A stretch of 63,564 nucleotides of DNA, counting the filler, from Collodictyon triciliatum (lineage: Eukaryota): assembly GCA_043381765.1 (NCBI GenBank). It is 9 parts of 9 records of this genome, joined end to end, with 100 filler letters (N's around TTAATTAATTAA, not from the genome) between each part and the next. Parts side by side here need not be neighbours in the genome. Positions count along the whole stretch, not along the records: positions 46,781 to 53,967 come from JBHJMP010004019.1; positions 54,068 to 61,256 come from JBHJMP010004020.1; positions 61,357 to 63,564 come from JBHJMP010004183.1; 6 more parts are not named here. One strand, written 5' to 3'. Positions 49,901-63,564 of the stretch are shown here, one piece after another. The notes beneath the pieces were generated by a model. It saw nothing but the letters and a program-made list of their open reading frames with translations, searched no databases and had not been told where the DNA came from. Position numbers and translations under genes: made by a program. The stretch's first letter is position 1. Each line of letters starts with the position of its first letter.

Positions 49901-50228
49901 ATGCGTAACATCATTAAAAGATTCATACTGTGTTATCCTTTCCAAGTTTTTTTATTCTTCCTTTTGATTTATCCTCTCTAGTTATTCTCTTCCCTTTTTT
50001 TCATTTTGAGAAATGCAAACACATTCAGAAACCGAACCTTTTTTTTTTATGTCTTGAACTCAATATGTGTTTTATTTCAACGAACAGTTTCATACAATTC
50101 CGATGTGGATAACCTCGCTCACTAATTTGCTGGACTTGATAATCGAATGGGACGGAGATATTTTCATCAAATCAGCACCGACAGGCATCACTTCACTACC
50201 TTGCTGGACGAACACGAGCACTCTTTGA
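46954..50228 (+). CDS. LRR-only protein (SHOC2/PIRL-type repeats), about 1,024 aa
   Basis: Exons 46954-49887 and 50088-50228; about 40 23-aa repeats L..L.L..N.I..IP..I..L; no signal peptide or TM seen. Confidence 0.93.
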
Positions 50229-50833
50229 GTACGAACACGTCACAATGACCACTGCAGAGGCCCTGGGCCAGCTCCAATTAAAACACGTAAGCAACACCTA
50301 TGACTCTAACTGTCGAATTAAAACGCCTTCCCATTACTGACCCTGCTTATCCCCACTCGCTTTCTTTTGGTACTTTAGTTTTTTCCTTTATTCGATTCAA
50401 AGCTTTTGGTACTTTAGTTAAATCTGTTGTTTGNNNNNNNNNNNNNNNNNNNNNNNNNNNNNNNNNNNNNNNNNNNNNNNNNNNNNNNNNNNNNNNNNNN
50501 NNNNNNNNNNNNNNNNNNNNNNNNNNNNNNNNNNNNNNNNNNNNNNNNNNNNNNNNNNNNNNNNNNNNNNNNNNNNNNNNNNNNNNNNNNNNNNNNNNNN
50601 NNNNNNNNNNNNNNNNNNNNNNNNNNNNNNNNNNNNNNNNNNNNNNNNNNNNNNNNNNNNNNNNNNNNNNNNNNNNNNNNNNNNNNNNNNNNNNNNNNNN
50701 NNNNNNNNNNNNNNNNNNNNNNNNNNNNNNNNNNNNNNNNNNNNNNNNNNNNNNNNNNNNNNNNNNNNNNNNNNNNNNNNNNNNNNNNNNNNNNNNNNNN
50801 NNNNNNNNNNNNNNNNNNNNNNNNNNNNNNNNA

Positions 50834-53780
<2,947 letters not shown>

Positions 53781-54876
53781 CAACTACAACTCACTTCCAA
53801 ATGACCCTTCTTTTTTTTACATCATTTCCTGAAAACAATACTCCAATGATACAGAAAGACTAATGATAAAGTGACATCACAATACAATTAAATATAGAAA
53901 CATGAAATCTCACGAGGATTTAATACGCTGTGTGAGCTTCGTGACAAAAGTTTTGATTGAACATTTTNNNNNNNNNNNNNNNNNNNNNNNNNNNNNNNNN
54001 NNNNNNNNNNNTTAATTAATTAANNNNNNNNNNNNNNNNNNNNNNNNNNNNNNNNNNNNNNNNNNNNAATTCGCACTCCTCGTGTTTAGAAGCAGAGAGA
54101 ATCATGTTTAACTTGTAGTGGCGAGGAGAAATAAAAGCATGACTGTGCTGAATCAACTCTGACAAGTATGGTCTCTCTCTCTCATATACACTTGGGACAT
54201 TACAAGTGGTTGACTCTGGAGCTTCGCAGTCGGGCTACTTTGTTGAGGCTCTGCGGTCTGATCGGGCGCTGCAGTTTTGTCTCTTGCGACAAATTAGCGA
54301 CAACCTCGCCTAGATTCTCACTGGAATCGATTCGGTCGACAATTTTTGAATTCGAACCGTCCAATTTGGATATATGATTTAACATTGTGATTGCATGATT
54401 GTCCAAAAAAGGCTAGGAAAATTTGGAAATCTGATGATACCACTTCTGGAAAATATAGTGATTCGCACATATGCAGCTCATGCGCTCCTGGAGATCGAAA
54501 TGCGGCATACTTTGTGTATTCACAAAAATCTTTATCTCTTTTTATTTGAAAAGAGCTATAGGCTGAGATCGGTGGCTGGCGGTCGGGTGGAAGGTTCAAT
54601 AGGCGGCACAAGGAAGAAAAAGAAACAACAACCAGACCGAATGCTTCCAATCAAAGTTTGTTCTTTGCTAGATAAACATGGGAGGGAAGGAAAAGGGTTG
54701 CGCACTTGGTCAGATAAAGGGATGAATCTGAATTGTATGTTCATGACTGACGCAACTCAAAAGGGAGACAGGGAGACAGGGAGAAAGCAGAAGGTTGGGG
54801 CTGCTTTTCTGCATCACAACCCCGCTCTCCTGCTAATAAATTCGGAGCTTGTCAGGCTGATATCGACAGTTGGGGT

Positions 54877-55692
54877 CTAGTAGCCAAAGGGGCTAAGCGA
54901 AGTCATGCCAGGCTTGCGGCTCTTTGTGCGGTCGCGATCGTCTCTGATCATGTTTGCGTCGCCTTCGAGACCTACGACCAGCTGGGGCTCTTGCGGAGTC
55001 TTTGCCTCGATGACAAAGTGGTTGTCGCAACCTGGACAGTATTCGTCCGATGCTTCAAACTCGCTGTGTGTGAGTGTGTGTTGTTGGTTAGAGAGGGAGA
55101 GCAACAACAACAACAAAAAAAAAAAAAGAATCAAGGGTCAGTCCTTCGGCTAAATCAAGAAGAAGCAGGGCGAGTGGTTTGGGAGTGGAGAGGGCGCTTC
55201 GGACACGATCTATGATCTGCAGGCCACACCAACCTCATATCCTTGCGGAAAACCTTCTTGCATTTCTTGCAAGCGAAGACCATTTCCGTGCTCTTGGCCA
55301 GCTCGTGATCGCTGGACTCCTTGTGGCATTCGGGGCAGTCAAACCATCTTTTGCAGCAGCTTGCGCGGATGGAAACCTGGGTTGGTGAAGACGTGACATA
55401 CATGAGGCAGAGTTTGACTTGTCGCGATGTCCAACGGGGTTTAGAAGCACGGAAGTTGTTTGGCGGTCAGATTGATTGATTTTCATAAGTGTTCTTGTTT
55501 TTTCATGTTTTTTTTTTTCCTTTATTCGATTCATTCTTGTTTTTTCATGTTATTCAGTTTTCGGGTTGGTTTGAAGTGGGGGTGTTGTTGTGGGACTGAT
55601 GTAAGTTAGAAGCACACATTTTGGACTCCTTGATGGAATAAAAGATAAACTGCCGCTTTATTTACCTGAGCGTTGAGAATGTGTTTGCACAT
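54877..55692 (-). CDS. CHY zinc-finger protein
   Basis: Three exons: MCKHILNAQ / VSIRASCCKRWFDCPECH...HEL...FACKKCKKVFRKDM / EFEASDEYCPGCDNHFVIEAKTP. Confidence 0.92.
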
Positions 55693-57298
55693 GGTTTGAG
55701 TTGTTGTTGGTTGGCGCGTCCTGCTTCTCTGCGGTGGTTTTCGGGTGGGGCTTCGTTGATCATGCGTTGTGTTGTGATCTTGAGCGTAGGATTGTGATTA
55801 GGAGTGGCTATTTAAACATTCAAACTTTAGTTTGTTTGTAACGGACATTGTAAAAGGATACTATTTTATGTATTCTATAACATATATGATAATTTAAATA
55901 TATTTTGTAATACGTGGCCTCATTTATCTTATAATTATGGGATATAATGTCAAAACATATAAACTCCAAATTAGTACTGTCGATTCGGGGTTCTTCGGTA
56001 AACTCTCCTGGTTGGTTGAATGATTTACAACTCTATACCGTAATCCAGGGGTGAAAAAAGAAGAAAAAAAGAAAAGCAAAAGAGGCGGCAGCTACGGCCT
56101 TTACAAAATGTAAGTTGTCAGAAGCCTGACCATGTGTGGGAAAAATGCAAGCATTACAACCGGTATATACCGTGGGGTTTAAGATTTCCTCATGGTCACA
56201 TATATATGCATCCTTCTCGCCCGAGAAAGAGATAGGATGGTAATTAGCTCACAAGAATTCGAAAGAGGCCAACAACGACTCGATATTGGGGAGTTATTAT
56301 GCTAGAGCTTGAATTTTGGAAATTAATCACAATACTAAACATTGGGAATATCAATACCACTATTATTTTTAAAAAAAAAATAATCATTTAATCTTGTCGC
56401 GCAATAAGTAAAACTCCTAGAAAGTGGTCTAAATAGTTTCATTCCAAAATTCTTGTCATATACCATGTAAGATACTATCAATTTCTTTTCAAAAATGAAA
56501 CGCGCTGTGGGCTGAAAGGAGCTTTCCTCTGCCTGGGCCATGAAAAAGTCTGAACGCCTAGAATAGGGGCGATGTCAAGGATTGTAAAATGTAGATAACC
56601 CCAAGAAGGCATTGTCAGGCTGATTCATCCATCTCCACCGAATGAATATAGCACCAGATCTCTTTTAATACCTTGATAGAAAAGAGGAGAACTGTCTCAC
56701 GATTTTTGTTCTTAGTCGTCGGGCTGCTTGGCCCTTGTTTGTGTCCTGTGTTCGCACTTGCGCGCTATCATTTCATTTAATTTTATATTCCAAGAATAGT
56801 ATTTATATTTCAAATAAGATATTCTTCCTTTCTCTGTTAACGGTTTAATACAGCCAAACTGTGACTCCTGCCGATCCGAAGAAAGTGAGAAGCCAAACAA
56901 GAAAGTCTCGCGTGATGAACGTCTCCTCGTTAGAAGGCCTTCGAGTGGTGTGACTGTCACTATGACTCGGAATCCCAGCCTGTTTTTTGTCTTTGTTTTT
57001 TGTCTTTGTTTTTTGTCTTTTGTCTTTTATTTTAATTTTTTGGTTTTATTTTTATTATTGTCTTTTTTTGTCTTTTTTTTTGTCTTTTTTTTTGTCTTTT
57101 TTTTTTGTCTTTTTTTGCCTTTGTCTTTGTTTTTGTCTTTTTTTGTCTTTGTTTTTGTCTTTTGTCTTTTGTCTTTTGTCTTTTGTCTTTTGTCTTTTGT
57201 CTTTTGTCTTTTGTCTTTTGTCTTTTTATTTTTATTTTTGTTTGTCTTCGTCTTTGTTTTGTTTTTCTTTACTAACCGCCTCGGAATGCTAGCCGTGC

Positions 57299-60200
57299 AT
57301 GGATGATAATTCCTTCCAGACCATCGGCGAAGATATTCGCCGGAAGCATTCACTTCTACTCGAAACCTGTCAGAAAATGACCCACGAGAATGAAAGCCTC
57401 AAGTCGCAGCTTAAGCTCTTTAAAGTACACAAAACTATACTAAATATTGGATTGTCTCTATTTTATATCTGTATCTGTATCTGTATCTGTATCTGTATCT
57501 GTATCTGTATCTGTATCTGTATCTGTATCTGTATCTGTATCTGTATCTGTATATTACTATTACTATTACTGTTACTGTTACTGTTACTGTTACTGTTGAT
57601 TTTCATTCCAATTATCTAGTCTCTTATCTTTTTTTATGTAAATCATTATCGCAGATCGCATGTTGTGAACGTGGCTAATACACTGATATGTGTATATCTC
57701 CTTTTTTTCTTCTTTGTTAACGGAAAAATATCACAAAAAGATGCTTCACAATGTGCAAACAGCATACTCAAACCTCCAAACCGAGGTAGAAGGGTACAAG
57801 CAGCAGCAAGAAGAGCAGTCTCGTCTATTGCAGCAATCAGAGATGAATTTGAAAGCCACATTATCCAAAAATACAGAATTAATGGACTTGGTTTGTTTTT
57901 GAAAAAAAATTCATGTTTAGATACCTTTAAGTCGAAATTACTAGATAATCATTTCATTATAACATATGACATCGACTTAAAAGTTTTTAAAAGGACCTCT
58001 TTGTACCAATATTTTCGAACCCCCCTGTACTTTTTTTTTTAACTTATAATTATTATCTTTCGTTAGGTTCATAATTTGCAATCAAGATTAATGCAACTCG
58101 AAAGTCAAATATCCATCAACCAAGCAATGGCAGCACAAAAGTCTTCACATGAGGTAAGGAGTAATAATTATTTGATAATGTAAACTGATAAACCACATGT
58201 TTAAAATGAAACCAAGCTATATACAAACACCATTATGAGATTGCTTAATTTCTTAACTTCTCTTGCAGATATTTAGGCTACAGGAAGAAACAAAGAGTTT
58301 AGAGAGAAATAACCACTTACTATCTAAACAGATTGAAACTGTTGAATGTAAGTTTATAGTCATGTTCATAACAACAAGACCCAATAAACTGGAGAGAATT
58401 TAAAAATGTTATTCAAATTTCTTAAAGGAGCTAAAAATAATCTAGCTGAAACTCTTCAAACAAAGTCACATCTCCATTCGTTTTCAAGGATAGTTCATGT
58501 ACTTATTTTATCATACTGTACTATAGATTTATTACTATTTACAATACTTTGGAAATTCATCCCATGAAGAGTATTTTAGTTTTTATCTTTTGATCTTTTT
58601 TATTGGGATATGTTTTGCATGAAAATTAATGAAGAGACAAGACATTATCGTCTGACTTGAATTGAAATGAATTAAAAAAAAACCACTTGAAAATTGACTA
58701 GGATTATCGAGAAGCTGTCATTTCGTATCTGCACAATCAAGGAAGTGCATTTAATCTCAATTGGAACTGTGAGTATTGAAATAGGAAAAATGCGTTTGAG
58801 CTGTTCCAATATTATTTTAAATGTAACTTTGAGGAAATTAATATCTTCCATATTTCTTAATACACAGGGGACGACAAAGAATTTTTACATGTTTTAGAAC
58901 AGACAAGGAAGGATGAATCCCAAGGACATGTAGTGGAGCTGTTCCAGCAGACTCATAGCTTATTGACTTCATTTAACAAGGTTGTTCAACAAACAGCTTC
59001 TTTAAGGGCCAAATATGAACAAAAGAGTATGCATGATAGTTCGTGTCAGGCAAATACGACAGAGGACCTATTGGTATAACTTTTTCCTTCTTTTCTCTTC
59101 CTTCCTAATCTGTTGTATTTTAATTCAAAACGCTTTGAAATGCAATAACGACGATCGTCACTGTCTTTAATATTTATTCCCTTAATGCAACACGTGTCGA
59201 AAATTAAACAGAATACATTCCGTTTCAAAATCGAAAACCTTAAAGCCTCAAAAATGACTGTTGAAGCAGATTTAAGGCAGATAAAATTGGTGAGTTCAAT
59301 ATTTTTTTTATTTTGTTGTCCATTATTAGCATATGTATTTTTATCTCATAGCCCACTTTGCATCGATTAAAGAGAAAAAAATCTTATAATTTTGATTTCA
59401 CGGAATCAATTTTATAAATTTAATGGAATAAATATAAAAAAGTGCTATTTTAAAAAAAACATACTGACTTAATTTGTTTGGTTTAATGTGTGCGTATTAG
59501 ATGTATGAGGATATTAGAGCAGAGTGCGATAGATTGTCGATGCAAAATAAAGTCAAATCTGATCGCATAGCAAACTTAGAGAGTGAGGTTAACAAGTTAG
59601 CAGAGGAAAAGAAAGGAACCGACAGATCGAAAGTATCTGCTCAGAGCGTAATTTTTCCATCATAAGATTAAAACGCTTTGAAAGATGAATTTTCTGATGT
59701 GTAAGGACTAAATTTACCCTAGTATTGTTACTGTTTTTGTTCTTTGAGTCGAGTAGAGGAAAAAAATAGTCACTGTTGTTTTATTGCTATTGTTTTTTTT
59801 TTTTTGGTATTATTTTGCTATTATTACTATTACTACCATTATTAGTTTTATTATTATCATCAGATCGTATCATTATCAGTACCATTAGAAGTAGTATTTT
59901 GATAACGATAATAATAAACTTCATATCTATTTCATTTTAACAAATAATTCAGCTACATTTACTTGCCGTAGATGAAGGTGGTAAAATAAAGTATTCATGA
60001 AAAAAAAAATATAAACGTTTGGTCTTAGGGAATGAACCATCCATTTTTCGAAGAATACATCGAGTTAAAAAGAGAAGTAGCCGTCCTGCGTCGTTCACAA
60101 GCAGATTCCATTCCAAAACCGACTCCTCCCAGCTCTACCAGCGTATACTTTCATTTAATATGCAGAGAACTATATTTATTACTTTATCTTACAACCTAGA

Positions 60201-60819
60201 GACTTGGTCATATTCTTTAAATAATATCTAAAGAAATGATATAAAGTCAACTGTAAAATACATGAACAAGAAAAATTTTCTTATGTCACTGAACGATGGA
60301 CGTCTTTTCTATGTAACTGCCTAAAGACACACTTAAAACAACAATGTCACATTTTTACTTCTTTTTTTTTATATATATATATAAAGATAAGAACCCGGAG
60401 CTCTGCAGATATATCCGAAAACGTAGAGGAAATCAACTCTGCTATGCGGTTGAAAGTAGGATGGGGAGATACCGTTTCAAGGCCAGTGAGCCAAGGTAGC
60501 GATAAGTCAAGACTACGAACACCTCCTGCCACGGTGACAGACTATCGCTATTAGATCACTCATATAATCGACACAATTATATTTTACAACTTTATCTACT
60601 TTATATACATATAATTTAGTACTACAACTACTTCTCCTACATTAGTATTGTTTTCGAATGGCTCTCATATTTGCCTACATTCTCTGTATTCTCATTATTA
60701 TTATTTTTATTAAAGGGATTCAATATATACAGGCACCAAACAAGGGCTATTCCATCAGCAGGCTAAGTGTACAGCCTATCTCGCAAGGCCTTCCGTCTCT
60801 CCCTCCCACACGCAGATAA
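57299..60819 (+). CDS. Multi-exon coiled-coil protein with S/P-rich C-terminus
   Basis: GT-AG exons encoding heptads (AYSNLQTEVEGYKQQQEEQ, VHNLQSRLMQLESQ, MYEDIRAECDRLSMQNK); last exon ends TAA 60819; some junctions unresolved. Confidence 0.7.
57466..57598. repeat. (TATCTG)n and (TTACTG)n intronic microsatellites
   Basis: Hexamer arrays. Confidence 0.93.
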
Positions 60820-61199
60820 TCAGCCACACGCTGAAAATTATTTTTTTTTTCAACTCGAAGAAAAAAACCGACCTGAATGGCTAATGTATCAGTGACTCAT
60901 AAAAAGAGCAGCATCTATATAATAAATGCAACAAAAAAATAATAATAATACATTAAACTCGCCTCAAAAACGTGGTCTTTGCACTTTGCGGCTGCTGATT
61001 TATTATTATTATTATTTTTTTTGTCATCGTAGCATAAACACGAATATTTTCGGTACAAAATGCTACATCCCTACGTCGGTGACTTAGTATTATGTCTCTT
61101 AGAAACCCTCATCAACAAACCTGGTCTCTTCATAAGATTCCCCTAGAAAACAGAACGAAGTGGCATATACCGACTGAAATGCCAAAGGGTTTGGCCGTT

Positions 61200-61256
<57 letters not shown>

Positions 61257-61506
61257 NNNNNNNNNNNNNNNNNNNNNNNNNNNNNNNNNNNNNNNNNNNN
61301 TTAATTAATTAANNNNNNNNNNNNNNNNNNNNNNNNNNNNNNNNNNNNNNNNNNNNCTCTCTTCAGATTCACCAACACTACTCCCCTCACAATTTATCAA
61401 GGCCTTTCTCAGTGCGCCATAGATTATACGGTGAGCATCTGAAGGCCACTCCAACTCTTTTTTTTTATATTATCATTATTTTTTTAATTCATTCAACCTT
61501 AAACAG

Positions 61507-63564
61507 CTAGAGGGAAGAACCCAATCCAGCGCGAAGGTCATCAAGCGCTGCATCGAGGAAGTTTAGAGACATGAATTCCTCCGCCTGCGGGGTTGCAGGC
61601 GTCTCCGGTGATTTCAAAGTGGGGTTGCTTGGTTCTGGCGGTGGATTGGGTTGAGCAAAGGCATCTCCTGCGTATTCCACCGTTCCTTCGGTGTGCTGAG
61701 TGTCAACCGTGGGCGCGTCTGCCTTGGCGATGTCATCCCAGAAACTTGGAAGCCTGTGCAAAGTGTGCGGCTCAAGCTGGGTGTCAAGTTTGGGATTACT
61801 TACCTGGTTGGACCCGCCTTCGTGGTGGTTGTTGTTTCTGCCGGAGGATTTGTCGGCGGGTGCCTGCAACTGGTGGGAAAATCCCTTTGGGACGTTAGGA
61901 GGTGGAGTGGGCATTGGGGAAGGTGAGTCAACTTGTCCTGGAATAGCTATGGAGTAATTATCGGTCTTCTCAGGATGTCGCTTGGTTTTGTGCTTCGGCT
62001 TTCTGGGTTTCTCAGAGGCTTCCTCCACCATGGGTTGCGAGTTGGGATGTTTTAGGGAGGAATGCGAAAGTGACGGTGACATGGGTGCCAACGGAGGAAG
62101 GTTGATTCTTGGCTGGTAGTGAGGCCCTGATATGATTGGAGGCAGGATACTGGCTGCTCGCAGTTTTGGTGCTGGAGGAGGAGTTTCAGTGGTTGATTTC
62201 AGATGCTCAACTTCGAGAGAAGCCCCTGTCAAGCTTCCAGATCGTTGAATGCCTGGTCTATGGAACTGGTCCACCTTACTCTCTGAGGGCGAATTGTGTG
62301 CTGCAGATGCCGTATCACTTACACCAGCCCCAGAGTCTATCCATGTCTTAGTTTTGTCCAAAGCTGCAAGGTCTTTCGATGCGAGTGAACTGTCTGGTGC
62401 AGGATTAACACTCGTATTCGGTTCGTGGCCCGATGCAAATCCATTATTCGATTCATTTGGTTCTGTAATGTACTCTTGCTGGCGGGCTATTTTGATATTG
62501 GAATGAGGACTTGAATCATCTTGTGAAGAAGGAAGAGTTTGGGAGCTGGTGGGAGTACTTCCGTTCCCTTGGGATTGCACGGATATTTGAGACATGCGGC
62601 GTCTGAACAGAATATATCCGCTCCCTAGTATGACGAGGCCTCCAATGCTGCCAAAAACAACGCCCACTATAACCGAAATACTGCTAAAGCTACCTTCTTC
62701 TCCATTATTTGAGTTTCCATTTCCACCGGGATTGCTCGCACGTGGTGCAGATTGCATAGAAGGGGTCACTGAACCGGGAATATAAACGTTTTTTGTTGTC
62801 CTTGGCAATGCACTAGGCTTGTTTGATTTTGATTTTCTGGCCGTGTTCGTATGCGTTCGTAGTTTTGAACGACTCAAGCTAGGACTTCTACTTCTACTTC
62901 TACTTCTACTTCTACTTCTACTTCTACTTCTACTTCTACTTCTACTTCTACTTCTACTTCTACTTCTACTTCTACTTCGGCTTCGGCTTCGGCTTCGGCT
63001 TCGGCTTCGACTCCGGCTCCGGCTACGACTTCTGCTACGACTTCTGCTGCGACTACGACTCCTGCTACGACTACGAGTTCTGCTACGACTACGAGTTCTG
63101 CTACGACTACGACTACGACTACGAGTTCTGCTACGACTACGACTACGACTACGACTACGACTTCTAGTTTGGTTCTTGCGAAGACTTCTACTCCGACTTC
63201 TGGTTTGGTTTTTGCTAAAGCTCCTGCTTCGAATAGGAGATTTGGAGAAGCTTTTACTGTATTGTCTACTTTTGCTGGTACTCTTCAATAAAGCCAGAGT
63301 TTTCTCAGAAGATTTTGTTTGGCCATTTGAAAGCGAATGAATATCTGTCATTGAAATTTGGTTCACATTTTCATCTTCAGAAGGACTAATTTGTTTCGTA
63401 GGTGATGAAAAAGCTGAATTCGTTTCGGTTTTCAAGGATGGCCTGACGTTTGTGCTATGTTGAAGTTTCGATCGAAGTAAACCGGATGACAATACCTTTC
63501 GTCCACTATTAGTTCTGGTAAATAGCATCGAGTGTTCTTCAGATTTCATTCCAGATTCCGTAAT
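61507..63564 (-). CDS. Single-pass membrane protein with Arg-Ser repeat region and Pro/Ser-rich tail (5' end outside window)
   Basis: Frame is open to the window end; long (RS)n tract; TM ISVIVGVVFGSIGGLVILGSGYILF followed by RRR; disordered C-terminus. Confidence 0.8.
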   Translation of the reverse strand: MTESGMKSEEHSMLFTRTNSGRKVLSSGLLRSKLQHSTNVRPSLKTETNSAFSSPTKQISPSEDENVNQISMTDIHSLSNGQTKSSEKTLALLKSTSKSRQYSKSFSKSPIRSRSFSKNQTRSRSRSLRKNQTRSRSRSRSRSRSRTRSRSRSRSRTRSRSRTRSRSRSRSRSRSRSRSRSRSRSRSRSRSRSRSRSRSRSRSRSRSRSRSRSRSRSRSRSRSRSRSPSLSRSKLRTHTNTARKSKSNKPSALPRTTKNVYIPGSVTPSMQSAPRASNPGGNGNSNNGEEGSFSSISVIVGVVFGSIGGLVILGSGYILFRRRMSQISVQSQGNGSTPTSSQTLPSSQDDSSPHSNIKIARQQEYITEPNESNNGFASGHEPNTSVNPAPDSSLASKDLAALDKTKTWIDSGAGVSDTASAAHNSPSESKVDQFHRPGIQRSGSLTGASLEVEHLKSTTETPPPAPKLRAASILPPIISGPHYQPRINLPPLAPMSPSLSHSSLKHPNSQPMVEEASEKPRKPKHKTKRHPEKTDNYSIAIPGQVDSPSPMPTPPPNVPKGFSHQLQAPADKSSGRNNNHHEGGSNQVSNPKLDTQLEPHTLHRLPSFWDDIAKADAPTVDTQHTEGTVEYAGDAFAQPNPPPEPSNPTLKSPETPATPQAEEFMSLNFLDAALDDLRAGLGSSL

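Noticed and set aside
59972-59977. Possible 6-nt micro-exon (AG|ATGAAG|GT)
   Set aside because: Upstream frame could not be resolved by eye; needs RNA-seq

Overview
Eukaryotic genomic DNA (intron-rich, AT-rich, microsatellite-laden; probably a protist). The window is not one locus. It holds nine unrelated scaffolds joined by artificial 100-bp linkers (44 N + TTAATTAATTAA + 44 N), so neighbours across linkers are not linked. Supported genes: importin-7/8 3' end, a WD40-repeat protein with a predicted signal peptide, a large coiled-coil gene, a Zn-alcohol dehydrogenase pseudogene, a second WD40 gene, an Erf4/GOLGA7-like gene, an ABCG half-transporter with a Cys-rich ectodomain, a trypsin-family protease, an LRR-Cys-rich-multi-TM receptor, eEF2, a TKL-like kinase with an amber codon at the catalytic Lys, a ~1,020-aa LRR-only protein, a STE20/PAK kinase, a CHY zinc finger, another coiled-coil gene and a single-pass membrane protein with an Arg-Ser stalk. 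A degraded RLE-type non-LTR retrotransposon is probably also present. The best candidate for something new is the LRR receptor, whose ectodomain includes six consecutive 69-nt, same-phase, one-repeat exons. Exon models and family calls were made by eye, without database searches. No tRNA, rRNA or CRISPR array was found.
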